The notes under the pieces were generated by a model, which saw only the letters and a program-made list of their open reading frames with translations, was not told the DNA's origin and ran no database searches. A stretch of DNA of 64,000 nucleotides, taken from assembly GCA_964016885.1 (NCBI GenBank), contig OZ024748.1, positions 42,842,001-42,906,000 on the forward strand, given 5' to 3'. The translations under genes were made by a program, and so were the position numbers. Of this stretch, positions 11,655-24,912 are shown piece after piece. Each line of letters begins with the position of its first letter. Positions within the stretch are counted from its first letter, which is position 1. This DNA is from Eledone cirrhosa (Eukaryota).

Positions 11655-12066
11655 TGGGAGAGATGACCCCTTAGCCTTTGTCAAGGCAGAATTCTAGGAG
11701 AAGGAAAACTCTGATATAACACCTGCAACTCTGATGGTATCCAATGATGTTGACTTGTTCTTCTTTTTGGTAAATATCATCTTGGTTAAGAGAGTGGGAC
11801 TGGCTTTGTGCAGTGCCTTTGCTCACTATAAAAGCTTCACGGCACAGGCATTGCTTTATATCTGGAGATCTCTCTGCACTTGTCGTCACATGGTACCATG
11901 GGCCCAGCACTATGTGTCAATAATTGTCACAAGTGTAGTGTTTGTACCAGAGTTTTCATGTCGCTGGCTGGACTAAAATGTCACACTTGTTCATCGCATC
12001 GGTAGGGGTTCTCCTACATGGATATAAAGTAGTGGCCGTACTCGAAAACGAGTTGGCAGCCACCAT
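11653..12066 (+). mobile_element. Non-autonomous bipartite RTE-derived element (5'UTR-like part plus 3' end); related copy at 25995-26278
   Basis: ctaggagaaggaaaactctga motif, a C2H2 remnant [17 protein letters not shown], and terminus gccgtactcgaaaacgagttggcagccaccat, matching gccatactcgataacgagggggcagccatcatcat at 26240-26278. Confidence 0.6.
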
Positions 12067-12105
12067 ATATATATGTATATATATATATATGTATATATAT
12101 ATATG

Positions 12106-12153
<48 letters not shown>

Positions 12154-12261
12154 TATGTATACATATATATACATATATATGTATACATATATATATATGT
12201 ATACATATATATATGTATACATATATATATGTATATATATATATGTATTCATATATATATG

Positions 12262-12344
<83 letters not shown>

Positions 12345-12345
12345 G

Positions 12346-12392
<47 letters not shown>

Positions 12393-12419
12393 GTATATAT
12401 ATAAATATGTATACATATA

Positions 12420-12486
<67 letters not shown>

Positions 12487-12944
12487 ATGTATGTATATTT
12501 ACATATTTAATGGTAGTCTTGTCCAGTGTTTTTGAATTATGTATATGAAGTTGTGTAGAATTAATCTAAAATGCTAAAAAAAAAGAAATAAAAAGAAATA
12601 AGTAACAATATATATCCTTTGATAATAAAATAAAATGTAGGAAAATTAGCAATTATTCATATCAAAGTAAATATTTGATCTCATAAAAAAACAGGTACAT
12701 AAATTATTTTTATAATAAAAAAGCTTTAAAAATAACGAGTATAGGTAGTAATAAATTTATTAATAAAATATATAATAATCATTGCAAAGCCTTATAACAT
12801 ATTAGTCTTACATAGGTATAATACTATATAAAATAATTGTTTCTACTTTAGGCACAAGGCCAGCAATTAGCCAGTGCATTACTATATAAGATAATACATG
12901 GGAAGCTGCAACATTCATGCCTTTCCCGAAGGAATAGCATTATT

Positions 12945-13440
12945 GTGGATTGGCAGTATCGGTAGAGGGTCGGACGCCATGCTTTGACGCATAGTTACGT
13001 CCCTTTACGATCTGAATTCAAATCCCGCCGAGGTTGACTTTGCCTTTCATCCTTACGGGGTCGATAAGATAAAGTACCAGTAATACACTAGGATAATTGC
13101 TGGCCTTGTGCCTAAAGTAGAAACAATTATTACACATTACGGTTTGAGTTCAAATCCCGCCGAGGTTAACTTTGCCTTTCATCCTTACGGGGTCGATAAA
13201 ATGAAGTACCAGTAATGTACTGGGTATTTGCTGGCCTTGTGCCTAAAGTAGAAACAATTATTACACAATACACTGGGATAATTGTTGGCCTTGTGCCTAA
13301 AATAGAAACAATTATTACACTTCAGTCCTTACGTGGGGGCGTGTCGATAAATTAAAGCACCTGTAATGCACTGGTGTCAATTTCATCGATTTGCCCCCCC
13401 CCCCCCCCAAAGTTGTTGTCCTTGTGCCTAACAATTATTA
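12945..13440 (+). mobile_element. tRNA-derived SINE with a Meta-like core, plus tandem partial duplicates
   Basis: A box TGGCAGTATCGG, B box g(a/g)ttcaaatcc, core gcctttcatccttacggggtcgataa..gtaccag, tail gctggccttgtgcctaaagtagaaacaattatt. Confidence 0.8.
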
Positions 13441-13496
13441 CACTGCAGTAAATAAATATTTAGAGACTAAAAAACAGGGCTCGTTTGGGGAGTTAA

Positions 13497-13538
<42 letters not shown>

Positions 13539-13577
13539 TATATATGTGTGTGTAGAGAGAGAGATATTTGTGTATAT

Positions 13578-14237
13578 ACATGACGGTCAGCTGAAACGTT
13601 CAGAGGCTGACTTTGAAGGAGTGATGCTAAAGCTGTGAAATCTTGCATGCATTAATTTCAACTGCATCGTTTCTTGCTAGGGACTATGTTAAAAAATAAT
13701 AATAAACCACATTTGGTCATTCCATGAGAGTATCTTGGTCAGCCTATGACATTTTCAGCCGACCCTCGTAATATATGTGTGTGTGTGTGTGTGTATAGAT
13801 GTTTGTAGATGTATGTATATATTATACACGATGATCAGCTGAAAAATTGATAGGCTGAATATGAAGGAGTGATGCTAGGGCTGTGAAATATATATAAATA
13901 TATACAAGGTGTCCTTAAAAAATATATACACATTTCAACAGCATTCTCATAAATATTGCCTGTACCGGTAATCAAAGTGTATATACATCTCTTTTGGACA
14001 TCCTGTGTGTATATATATATTAGTCACCCTATGACATTTTCAGCTGATCCTCGTGTGTATATATTTATATATATATATCGTCAGTCGATCGACTTTCGTC
14101 AAATCGGACCGAGGAAACAATGTTTCCATGGGTCTTTCCAATTGCTAATACTAGCTGTCGGTCGCAACTCCAGGTAGAAGGAGCAACGTGAAATAAAGTG
14201 TCTTGCTCAAGGACATAACGCATCACCCGGTCCGGGT

Positions 14238-14286
<49 letters not shown>

Positions 14287-14363
14287 GATGTATGTACATA
14301 TACACGATGGTCAGCTGAAAAGTTCATAGGCTGTCTATGAAGCAGTGTTGTTAGAGGTGTGAA

Positions 14364-14416
<53 letters not shown>

Positions 14417-14512
14417 GGTCCTACTCGTTCCTATATATATATATATATAATATATATATATATATAATATATATATATATATTGGTCAGTCTATGACATT
14501 TCCAGCTGACTA
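13578..14512. mobile_element. Cluster of three mariner-type MITEs (13578-13770, 13826-14055, 14302-14512) with nested inserts
   Basis: TIR (ta)cga.ggtcagctgaaaagttcataggctgac and its reverse complement. A Tc1-type MITE is nested at 13904-14006 and a CORE-SINE fragment lies at 14100-14238. Confidence 0.7.
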
Positions 14513-15680
14513 TTATAAAGTAGAGACGTCTCAATTAGAAGAATGTTAATGAAGTAATGTTAATAGGAAGAGAGAAGAAAATATCAGACGAATGAGTAAA
14601 CGGGATATTTAATGAGATTTCACGAGAACTTACATATTATCAGTTACCAATCCATGATGGCTGATCCTACTACTGAGGTAATACCTATCTTGTTATTTCA
14701 CCTTAAATATTAACACTTTTAAGTAGTATAATTAACTATATGCAAATCAGATATTTAATACTGATTGAGTAATTAATTAACAAGACTAATTTATCATTCG
14801 ATCGTCGTTTCTGATGTATATATATCTATAGATATATACACATATATGTGTATGTGTGATGAATGTATAAATATAATACTCGTAATGTTATGTGAAGACG
14901 AGTTATTTTTACCTTATTTCAGTTATTTGCTGCATCATTCTTTTAAAGAGATTTCTAGAAAGATTAATTAATGTATATATATATTTATTGTGTATGTGTG
15001 TTTACATTATACATCAATATTGGTCAGTTTATCTCGAGACCAGAGTGAGCAGTAGCGGCTGTGTGTCAGCCATATATGGTTTGAATGACGTTTAAAACCG
15101 ATATCTCACTACAACAAGTCAGCCACTCTTCAGATCTTACCGTCTCTTTAAATCGGATACTATTGGTGTCTTCTCTATTATCATTATTAGTAGTTTCTTT
15201 TTCTGTATGTTTTGCTGTAGCCATACAGTAGCGAAAATGAAAGACAGCTAGACAGCCAGAGAGACTGGCTGTAGCACTGTACACAACAGTGTGTATATAT
15301 ATGTGTGTATATATGTAGCCATCTATATAGATTTAACGAAACTATCTTGCGTTATGTCAGCCATATATAGCTGCTCTGACGTAGTTAAGACTATTGGCAT
15401 CTCTTTGAGATGTTCTATCAACAACAGCTCCTTCCATCATTCCTCACAGGATTCAACTAAGATATTTCTATCATAATCTTAACCAGCTGAATTCTACCAT
15501 GTCATCCTATCATCTCTTATAATGGATGTCCGTTGTCATTATACTGTTTTCTGGAATCTGTACTTTAACGGCTGATTCGGTACGATATTTATATATATAT
15601 ATATATATATTAATTTGTATATATGTGTATATATATATATATATGTATATTTCTCTTTTTTTTTTTTTTTCCTGTTTCAG

Positions 15681-16097
15681 AGCGAACAGCAACATCAGCC
15701 ATCATCCCTGCATTTATATCTGAACTATCTTTGTTGAAATAAGGAGCACTGGTACTAACTGAACTATCTTTGTAATATTTGGCCCGTTACGGTTCCTTCT
15801 TAAGTGCTGCTGTGCCGCCGTCCTCTCATAGTCGATGTTTTAAACCAGATGCTGCAGGAATCCCATCTTTAAGCCACCCCTTAAAAAAAAAAACGACTTA
15901 ATTTCACGGACCAAACACAACAGTCAGTTTTTTTCCCTTGTGTTTTTTTAAAGAAATTTTTTTTTTTTTTTTTTTTTGCGAAAAAGCACGAAATTGATTC
16001 TCTTCCGACCTAAATCTAAATACAACTACTGATAATAATAATAAAAACCTCCCTAAAATATCCCTACTGAAGTAAAGGAAAGATCAAACCACAAGCC
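15681..16097 (+). other. CLASP 5'UTR part of the exon, preceded by a probable short 5'UTR intron (15580-15680)
   Basis: Strong acceptor (T-run)cctgtttcag at 15680 and a candidate donor CG|gtacga at 15580. Upstream unique sequence 15030-15579 may be a non-coding exon or promoter. Confidence 0.5.
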
Positions 16098-16274
16098 ATG
16101 GCAACTTTGGATACTTTCATGCGCAATGTCGTTACCCAGGATACAAGGAGTCGGACCCTAGTTCATTCTGAGCTTGTGTCGCATCTCAGTGACCCAGGAG
16201 CATCTTTAGATTGCGAGGATATTGACCAATTCATCAATGGTTTAGTTGCTTGGGTGAACAGCAGCAACTTCAAG
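16098..16274 (+). CDS. CLASP1: CLIP-associating protein (CLASP/Orbit/MAST), first coding exon, start of TOG1 domain
   Basis: Kozak gccATGG. MATLDTFMRNVVTQDTRSRTLVHSELVSHLSDPGASLDCEDIDQFINGLVAWVNSSNFK matches the CLASP N-terminus (WVNSSN[YF]K). Phase-0 donor AAG|gtaaac. No further exon recognised in the window. Confidence 0.88.
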
Positions 16275-16403
16275 GTAAACATTATTTAGAAATATAACTA
16301 ACTACAACAACAATAACAACAGCAGCATCAAGAAAAAAAAAACCCTGCTTGTTTTATTGTATACTTTTAGTTTCATTGTTTTTGCTGTTATTATTAGAAT
16401 ATG

Positions 16404-16460
<57 letters not shown>

Positions 16461-16659
16461 TAAAATGTGCTCTCTAAATATATTAGAATATGCCCTCTTA
16501 TATATGTATATATATATATATATATATAACAATATGATTAATATGTGTGTGTGAGAATATGTTTAATATATGTGTGTGTGTGTGTCAGAGAATATGTTTA
16601 ACAGTTGTTTTGATCATTAACCGTGCTTTCGAAATGAAATCGGTAAATAATATTACATC

Positions 16660-17200
16660 TGTTGTCTGGTGGTGTTTAGAGGGTTGTCTGGTGGTGTTTA
16701 GAGGGCTGTCTGATGGTGTTTAGAGGGTTGTCTGATGGTGTTTAGAGGGTTGTCTGGTGGTGTTTAGAGGGTTCTCTTGTAGTGTTTAGAGGGTTGTCTG
16801 ATGGTATTTAGAGGGTTATCTGGTGGTGTTTAGAGGGTTATCTGGTGGTGTTTAGAGGGTTGTCTGGTGGTGTTTAGATGGTTCTCTGGTAGTGTTTAGA
16901 GGGTTCTCTGATGGTATTTAGAGGGTTGTCTGGTGGTGTTTAGAGGGTTGTCTGGTGGTGTTTAGAGGGTTGTCTGATGGTATTTAGAGGGTTATCTGGT
17001 GGTGTTTAGAGGGTTGTCTGGTGGTGTTTAGATGGTTCTCTTGTAGTGTTTAGAGGGTTGTCTGGTGGTGTTTAGATGGTTCTCTAGTAGTGTTTAGAGG
17101 GTTCTCTGATGGTATTTAGAGGGTTGTCTGGTGGTGTTTTAGGGGGTTGTCTGGTGGTGTTTATAGGGGTCTCGAGTGGTGTTTAGAGGGCTCTCGGGTT
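16660..17200. repeat. 21-bp G/T-rich minisatellite (gtctggtggtgtttagagggtt)
   Basis: About 25 copies just downstream of the CLASP donor. Confidence 0.95.
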
Positions 17201-17384
17201 AATATAGCAAAAAAAAAAAAAAAGACCCCCAACTAATTTACGATGGTTACATTGTTTTGGTGACTATAGTCTTTCAAAACACTTCAAGAAAATTACAGGA
17301 AAAACAAATTTCACCTTCAAAATGCTACCCAAACCTATCCACTAGCTACTCTTAAAAAAAAAAGAAGGAAAAAAACAAATATTA

Positions 17385-17845
17385 CACCTCGAAGACAGGT
17401 GTAGCAATCCAGAAATTTACCATTAAGAACCCTTGCTATATTTTCTGCTATGTGTGTGTGTGTGTGTGGGGGGGGGGGTTACTTTATGAAAAAGCAGTCT
17501 GTGCCCTTTATTTATTTTTTCACGTAAGGGGATTAAGAGGAAAACATACTAAGCATTCTCGAAGACAGGTGTAGCACTATAAAAATTTACCATTAAAAAC
17601 CCTTGCAGTATTTTGTGCTGTGTCTGTCTGTGTGGGGTACTTTAAAAAAAGCCATCTGTACACTTTATTTTTATCACGTAAGGGGATTAAAAAAAGGGGG
17701 GAATAATACTACTGCCTCTCGAAGACAGGTGTAGCAATGTTACCATTAAAAGCCCTTGCAATATTTTGTGCTGTGTGTTTGTGTGGGGTACTTTAACAAA
17801 AAAAGCAGTCTGTGCCCTTTATTGTTTCCACGTAAGGGGATTAAT
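17385..17845. repeat. Three diverged ~160-170 bp tandem units
   Basis: ctcgaagacaggtgtagc...ttaccattaa...cacgtaaggggattaa occurs three times. Confidence 0.85.
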
Positions 17846-18329
17846 AGGTAGTGCTCGGCTTTTATAAGTAGTAAATATTTATTGGTAACAGCCAGGGGCA
17901 TTTGAATATCAAAGCTGTTTACTACGTATGTTGTTTCTTGGTGTACTTAATAAACATTTAAGACTATCAGTGTGTTAATATGTATGTGTGTGTGTGTCTG
18001 TGTGTGTGTGTGTGTGTGAGAGAGAGAGTCCCGGGATCAATCGAGGGTAACCGCAGTAAGTAAGGTAGAGTGTATGCAGCAAATTTAATATGGAAATGGT
18101 TTCTACAGTTCTACAGGACTAGAACAGTTTCATTCGAAGGAAATCATATATGTGTGTGCTAATATTTGCTCTACTGATTAATACATGCCGTTGAAGTGTG
18201 AATACATTTTTGTGGGACACCCTGTGTAGTATATATATATACATAACCGATATTTACTCAGTCTAAAGATGACTAAATTACGTACTCTTGTTGATTTTTG
18301 TTGTTGTATAAATATTGATTGATATATAA

Positions 18330-18349
<20 letters not shown>

Positions 18350-18396
<47 letters not shown>

Positions 18397-18716
18397 TGAA
18401 TATATATATACTGAATATATATATACTGAATATATATATATATACTGAATATATATATATATATATATATACTGAATATATATATATATATACTGAATAT
18501 ATATATATATATACTGAATATATACTGAATATATATATATATATACTGAATATATATATATATATACTGAATATATATATATATATACTGAATATATATA
18601 TATATATACTGAATATATATATATATATACTGAATATATATATATATATACTGAATATATATATATATATACTGAATATATATATATATATACTGAATAT
18701 ATATATATATATATAC

Positions 18717-18769
<53 letters not shown>

Positions 18770-19484
18770 TGAATATATATATATATATATATATATACTG
18801 AATATATATATATATATATATATATATACTGAATATATATATATATATATATATATATACTGAATATATATATATATATATATACTGAATATATATATAT
18901 ATATATATATACTGAATATATATATATATATATATATACTGAATATATATATATATATACTGAATATATATATATATATATATATATACTGAATATATAT
19001 ATATATATATATATATACTGATATATATATATATATATATATATACTGAATATATATATATATATATATATATACTGAATATATATATATATATATATAT
19101 ATATACTGAATATATATATATATATATATATATATACTGAATATATATATATATATATATATATACTGAATATATATATATATATATATATATACTGAAT
19201 ATATATATATATATATATATATACTGAATATATATATATATATATATATACTGAATATATATATATATATATATATACTGAATATATATATATATATATA
19301 TACTGAATATATATATATATATATACTGAATATATATATATATATATATACTGAATATATATATATATATATATATATACTGAATATATATATATATATA
19401 TATATACTGAATATATATATATATATATATATACTGAATATATATATATATATATATATACTGAATATATATATATATATATAC

Positions 19485-19580
<96 letters not shown>

Positions 19581-19631
19581 TGAATATATATATATATATA
19601 TACTGAATATATATATATATATATATACTGA
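18350..19631. repeat. Compound satellite [(TA)n-CTGAA]m
   Basis: TA runs regularly punctuated by CTGAA. Confidence 0.95.
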
Positions 19632-19902
19632 ATCATCATCATCATCATCATTTCATTTTACGTCCGCTTTTCCCTGCTTGCAAGGGTGGGACGGGAACTG
19701 ATTCTGGCTTGATTTCTACAGCTGGATGCCCTTCCTAACACCAACCTCATTTACAGTGAGGGCTGGGTGCTTTTTTATCGTGGCACCTCCACGACCACTT
19801 TGCAGTGGAATGATAGGGACCCCAGTCCCTATCATCTCATTTCTACAGCTGAGTAAACTGGAGCAATGTGAAATAAAGTGTCTTGCTCAAGGAAACAACA
19901 CA
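19632..19902 (-). mobile_element. CORE-SINE, 5'-truncated copy
   Basis: Near-identical to 7831-8090. Confidence 0.85.
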
Positions 19903-20153
19903 TTTGAAGACTAAAATCCAAAGAGGGCTCGATAAGGATAAATATATCAAATATATATGAACCGTAGAGCAAATATTTATTAAATAATCTGTTATTTTAA
20001 TAAATATATATATATATATATGTAGAGGTTATATTTAATTTGTTGGGATACAACAAGCAAAATATTTTTATAACTGATATAAAGCACTCAACAAATAATT
20101 GCATTTTTAAGTGTATGTCAATATTTATTTATAAAACTAACCTATATTATATT

Positions 20154-20209
20154 TTATCTGATGAAAGCGCACCATAGTTTGCCCTGGTGGCCCTTGAAAT
20201 ATGTATAAT
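20154..20209 (+). ncRNA. Degenerate minimal hammerhead in a PLE-like remnant (20021-20245); related copy at 23473-23665
   Basis: CTGATGA-aagcgcacca..tggtggccctt-GAAA-tatg-TA-taat. The related copy has a palindromic TATA loop. Stem I is imperfect. Confidence 0.55.
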
Positions 20210-20246
20210 GAAATAAATATGGTTTTATAAATATAGTTTCCATTTG

Positions 20247-20297
<51 letters not shown>

Positions 20298-20561
20298 TGA
20301 AAGAGGGTATGGTATGTTGAAATGTTTTGATTTAATTTAATATTAAGATTAATAAAACATAAAATAGTAGTAAACAAAAAAATAATAAACAGAATGACTC
20401 TTTCTCTCTCTTCCTCGCCATTTCCAATAAATAGATGTTCGATTTGTCATAATTCTTCAGCCTGCTGTCTGTATTACAACAGAATCTATTGTGAGGTAGC
20501 ATTGTTGGTCGACTACCGTTGCAACTGCTACACTGCTATACATAGAATGCAGCAGATAATA

Positions 20562-20651
<90 letters not shown>

Positions 20652-20688
20652 AATATATATATGTCTATATGTGTGTGTCTGTGTCTAT

Positions 20689-20724
<36 letters not shown>

Positions 20725-20769
20725 GCTACTGTTTGTGGTAAATTTGTCTTTCTGCCTGTCTGGCACCTT

Positions 20770-21400
20770 GATATCAACTACGCCTGTCTCTCTATCTCTC
20801 TAACTATATCTCTCTCTATATATCTCTATCTGTCTGTCTGTCTCTCTCTCTCTCTCTGTCTGTCTATCTCACTGTCTGTCTCTATCAATCGCTCTGTCTC
20901 TCTCTTTCTATCAATCTCTCTCTCTCTCTCTGATATCGATTCCTATCTCTGTTGTGGTCGTCTTGAAATCTGATTTGTTCCGTTTTGTTGCTGCCTTTGT
21001 TTTTGTCTTTCTCTTGTTTTTACTTCCTCGTCCATTACTCTTTTACGTGTTCCAGCCGACAGTCTGTGGCCATGCTGGGGCACTGCCATTGCTATCATTA
21101 TCATGCGACACTCACCCCTTCTTTCTCTCCCACTATACTACATCTCTCTCTCTCTTATCTCCTCCACCACCACATATAACCCTCCTCTGTCTCTCTCACG
21201 CCACCTCCACCCCTACCATTCAAACATCTCTCCCTCTCATCGCTCCCCTTCCTTCCTCTCTCACGTCACCTCCACCCCTACCATTCAAACATCTCTCCCT
21301 CTCATCACTTCCCCCACCACCCACACGTCTCCCCTTATCTCTCTCTCTCTCACCACTTCCCCCACACATACCCCCCCCCCTCATATTGTCACTCTGCCCA
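20770..21400. repeat. CT-rich low-complexity tract
   Basis: (CT)n/(CTGT)n plus a short internal duplication. Confidence 0.85.
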
Positions 21401-21506
21401 TCTGTTCTGATAACTCTTAAGAATCATTTTTTTTTTACAAGACTTTTTTTTTTACATTTATCTCCTTATCCATCTATAGAAAGATTGTTGCGTCGTAAGA
21501 ACAGTG

Positions 21507-21550
<44 letters not shown>

Positions 21551-21633
21551 TTGTAGTTGACGGCTGAGAGAATAGAGTACTCAATACTAAAGTAGAGTTT
21601 AAATATCCATTTTTATTAAGGCTAAATAGTGGG

Positions 21634-21680
21634 TCTTGTTACTCTGGAGTTTCGCCTGTTTATCACAGGGTCACCAGCCT
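21634..21680 (-). ncRNA. Degenerate hammerhead in a PLE-like remnant (21547-21692); related copy at 42150-42250
   Basis: CUGGUGA-ccctg(tgataaa)caggc-GAAACUC(ca)GAGU-A-acaaga. The copy at 42214-42226 shows ttcttgtCTGATG, the matching stem I strand. Confidence 0.55.
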
Positions 21681-21688
21681 TAATAAAA

Positions 21689-21744
<56 letters not shown>

Positions 21745-21750
21745 CTCGTA

Positions 21751-21935
21751 TATAAACCGACCCCACTATCTTATGTCTGAGAAATGGGTAAAAACCCAGA
21801 CCTTATTTGCGTAGAATTTGAAGTTAGTGGAAGTCATCAAAATATAGACTCTCGAATATAAGTCAACCCATCCTTCCATCTGCCATTAGTTTTTTCGGGT
21901 CATATATTCTTCGACTTATATTCAAGTATATACGG
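21751..21935. mobile_element. pogo/Tc2-like MITE
   Basis: Ends atactcgtatataaaccgacc and tcgacttatattcaagtatatacgg. Confidence 0.5.
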
Positions 21936-22038
21936 CATATACAGGATGTCCCACAACAATATATACACACTTCAACTGCATTCTAATAAATATTGCCTGT
22001 ACAGCTAATCAAAGAATGTATACATTTTTGGGACACCT

Positions 22039-22083
<45 letters not shown>

Positions 22084-22742
22084 GTGTGTGTGTGTGTATA
22101 TATATATATGTATATGTATATATATATATGTGTGTATGTGTGTGTGTGTGTATATATATGTGTATGTATATATATATATATGTGTATATATATGTGTGTG
22201 TATATATATATATGTGTATATATATATGTGTGTGTGTATATATATATATGTGTATGTATATATATATATGTGTGTGTGTGTATATATATATGTGTATGTA
22301 TATATATGTGTGTGTGTGTATATATATATGTGTATGTATATATATATGTGTGTGTGTGTGTGTGTATATATATGTGTGTGTATATATATATATATGTGTG
22401 TATATATATATATATGTGTGTGCGTATGCTTATTTACATGTAGAATTATCAGCAATTCAGCAACAATGTGTTTGTACGATGTTGAAAGGTCCCGTTAGTA
22501 TTTTGTTGAAATTACATTGAATTCCTTTTGTTTTAATCATTGGAGATATGCTATTAATATTCGATCTCCTGTGATCGATTTGCACACAAATCTAGTGATG
22601 ACTAATTTTAAGTTTAAAATATTTGCTTGTTCATTGAAGCTGTAATACTGGTTGTTTAAATGGATAACTTTATTATACAGTACCAGTAATTATATCTGTC
22701 ATACTCGATGGCTGGTTTCATATACACAGTAGAAAATAACAT

Positions 22743-22796
<54 letters not shown>

Positions 22797-23223
22797 TGTG
22801 TGTGTATATATATGGGTGTGTGTGTGTTTGTGTGTGTATATATATGGGTGTGTGTATATGTCTATATCTGTGTGTGTATATAATGTATATGTGAGTGTGT
22901 ATGCTGAAGTGGGGGTGTTTCAAATATCAGAGCACTTATACAGTTCCAACATTCAACACATGTCGACATAGTGTAATATTATCTGGAGAGGTAGGGGTTG
23001 TCTATATATATATAACCAAAGATTAATAAGGTTCATTGATTACTCAATGAATATAGTTTTACAATAGATTAAAAGCACTCTACAGTGAAGTTTTCTGAAG
23101 TTATTAATTATTTTATATATATATATATATATATAATGTATGAGACACACACACTTATATATTTGATATATATTTTTCCTTATCGAACCCTCTTTGGATT
23201 TTAGTCTTCAAATTTATTATTAT

Positions 23224-23413
23224 GTGGATTGGCAGAATCGGTAGAGGGTCGGACGCCATGCTTTGCAGCAAAGAGTTACGGCCCTTTATGGTCTGAGTTC
23301 AAATCCCGCCGAGGTTGACTTTGCCTTTCATCCTTACGGGGTCGATAAAATAAAGTACCAGTAATACACTGGGATAATTGCCGGCCTTGTGCCAAAAGTA
23401 GAAACAATTATTA
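23224..23413 (+). mobile_element. Meta-like SINE, full-length; other copies at 1635-1725(-), 1770-1920, 26601-26745(-), 40120-40440, 41495-41615 and 51898-52015
   Basis: Same head, core and tail as 12945-13133. Confidence 0.8.
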
Positions 23414-23414
23414 C

Positions 23415-23475
<61 letters not shown>

Positions 23476-23741
23476 AGAAGTTGTATTTAATTTGTTGGAA
23501 GTCCGACAAACATAAATGTTTATAACTGATTTAGAGCACTCAACATTATACTGGAGTAAATATTCAATGATATTAAATAAATGGAAACTAATATTTATAA
23601 AACCATATTTATTTTATTATATATATTTCAAGGGCAACCAAGACAACATTGGTGTATGTATTTATATATATATATATATATAGTCTGCTGCCCGATCTGG
23701 TTGACCGGAGAAGCAATAATTGAAACTTCCATGTCACTGCA

Positions 23742-23819
<78 letters not shown>

Positions 23820-24847
23820 CCAGAATCTCCCCACCATTCCGCCTCTTTCTCTCTCTCTCTCTCTCTCTCCAAACACACACACACTCTTATATATGTGTGT
23901 GTATGTGTGATTGTGTAGTTGTTGTTTGGAGAAGCAATAGCCGAAACTTCCAAGCCCAAGCTCTCACTCTCAACACACACACACACACATATAAGTGTGT
24001 GTGTGTGTGTGTAGTTGTCCGGAGAAGTAATAGCTGTGACTTCCAGGTCACTGCAAACTCTGTCTCTCCCACTCTCCAGAATCTCCCCACTCCGTCTCTC
24101 GTATATATATATATAATATATATATATATAATGTGTGTGTTTTAACAGCAAGTAATGTTATATCTTCCATCCGTTGCAGCCAGCCGGAGCGACATATTTC
24201 GCTTGCTGGTTCTTTTAAAATAAAAATCTGTAGACGATAATAACGATGATGATGATGATGACTGTGATGATGATGACGATGATGACGATGGTGTTCTCGT
24301 TGATGGTGCTGCTGATGATGATGATGTAGCTTTTACTGCAATATGATGATGACTCACTCAACCAGCAGTTGTTGCTTGCATATGTCATTCGGACATTTAT
24401 TTCACTCTCGTCTCTCATCAATCTCCTCTCATCTCTCTCGTCTCTCATCTCCTCTCATCTTCTCTCTGTCTTTTATTTTCAAACTACTTGAATATCTAAA
24501 TTGTGCCCCTTCTTTCTTCCCTTCCTTATTCTCTCCATCACAAGGGATTTCTTCCTTTATTTCACCAGTTCTATTATAATTATATTGGTACCCATAACCC
24601 AATAATATCGTTTCCTGCAATAATTTTTGTTCTTACTCAGGAACAAAATAAAACATTTCCTATATATTTGTGTTATTTGTAGGTAATACATTAACATATT
24701 ACTACAGCAGTCTGTTTATGTTTAATACATAATAATTGTTTCTGCTTTAGGCACAAGGCCAGCAATTACCTAGTGCATTACTGGTACATAATGATTACAT
24801 ATCAAACGTTGCTGGGCTGTTTTATTTTAAACACACACACACACACA

Positions 24848-24892
<45 letters not shown>

Positions 24893-24912
24893 ATATGTAT
24901 GTATATATGTAT

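Noticed and set aside
16660-17200. Telomere-like repeat (TTAGAGGG)
   Set aside because: It is part of a 21-bp minisatellite unit, not tandem TTAGGG.
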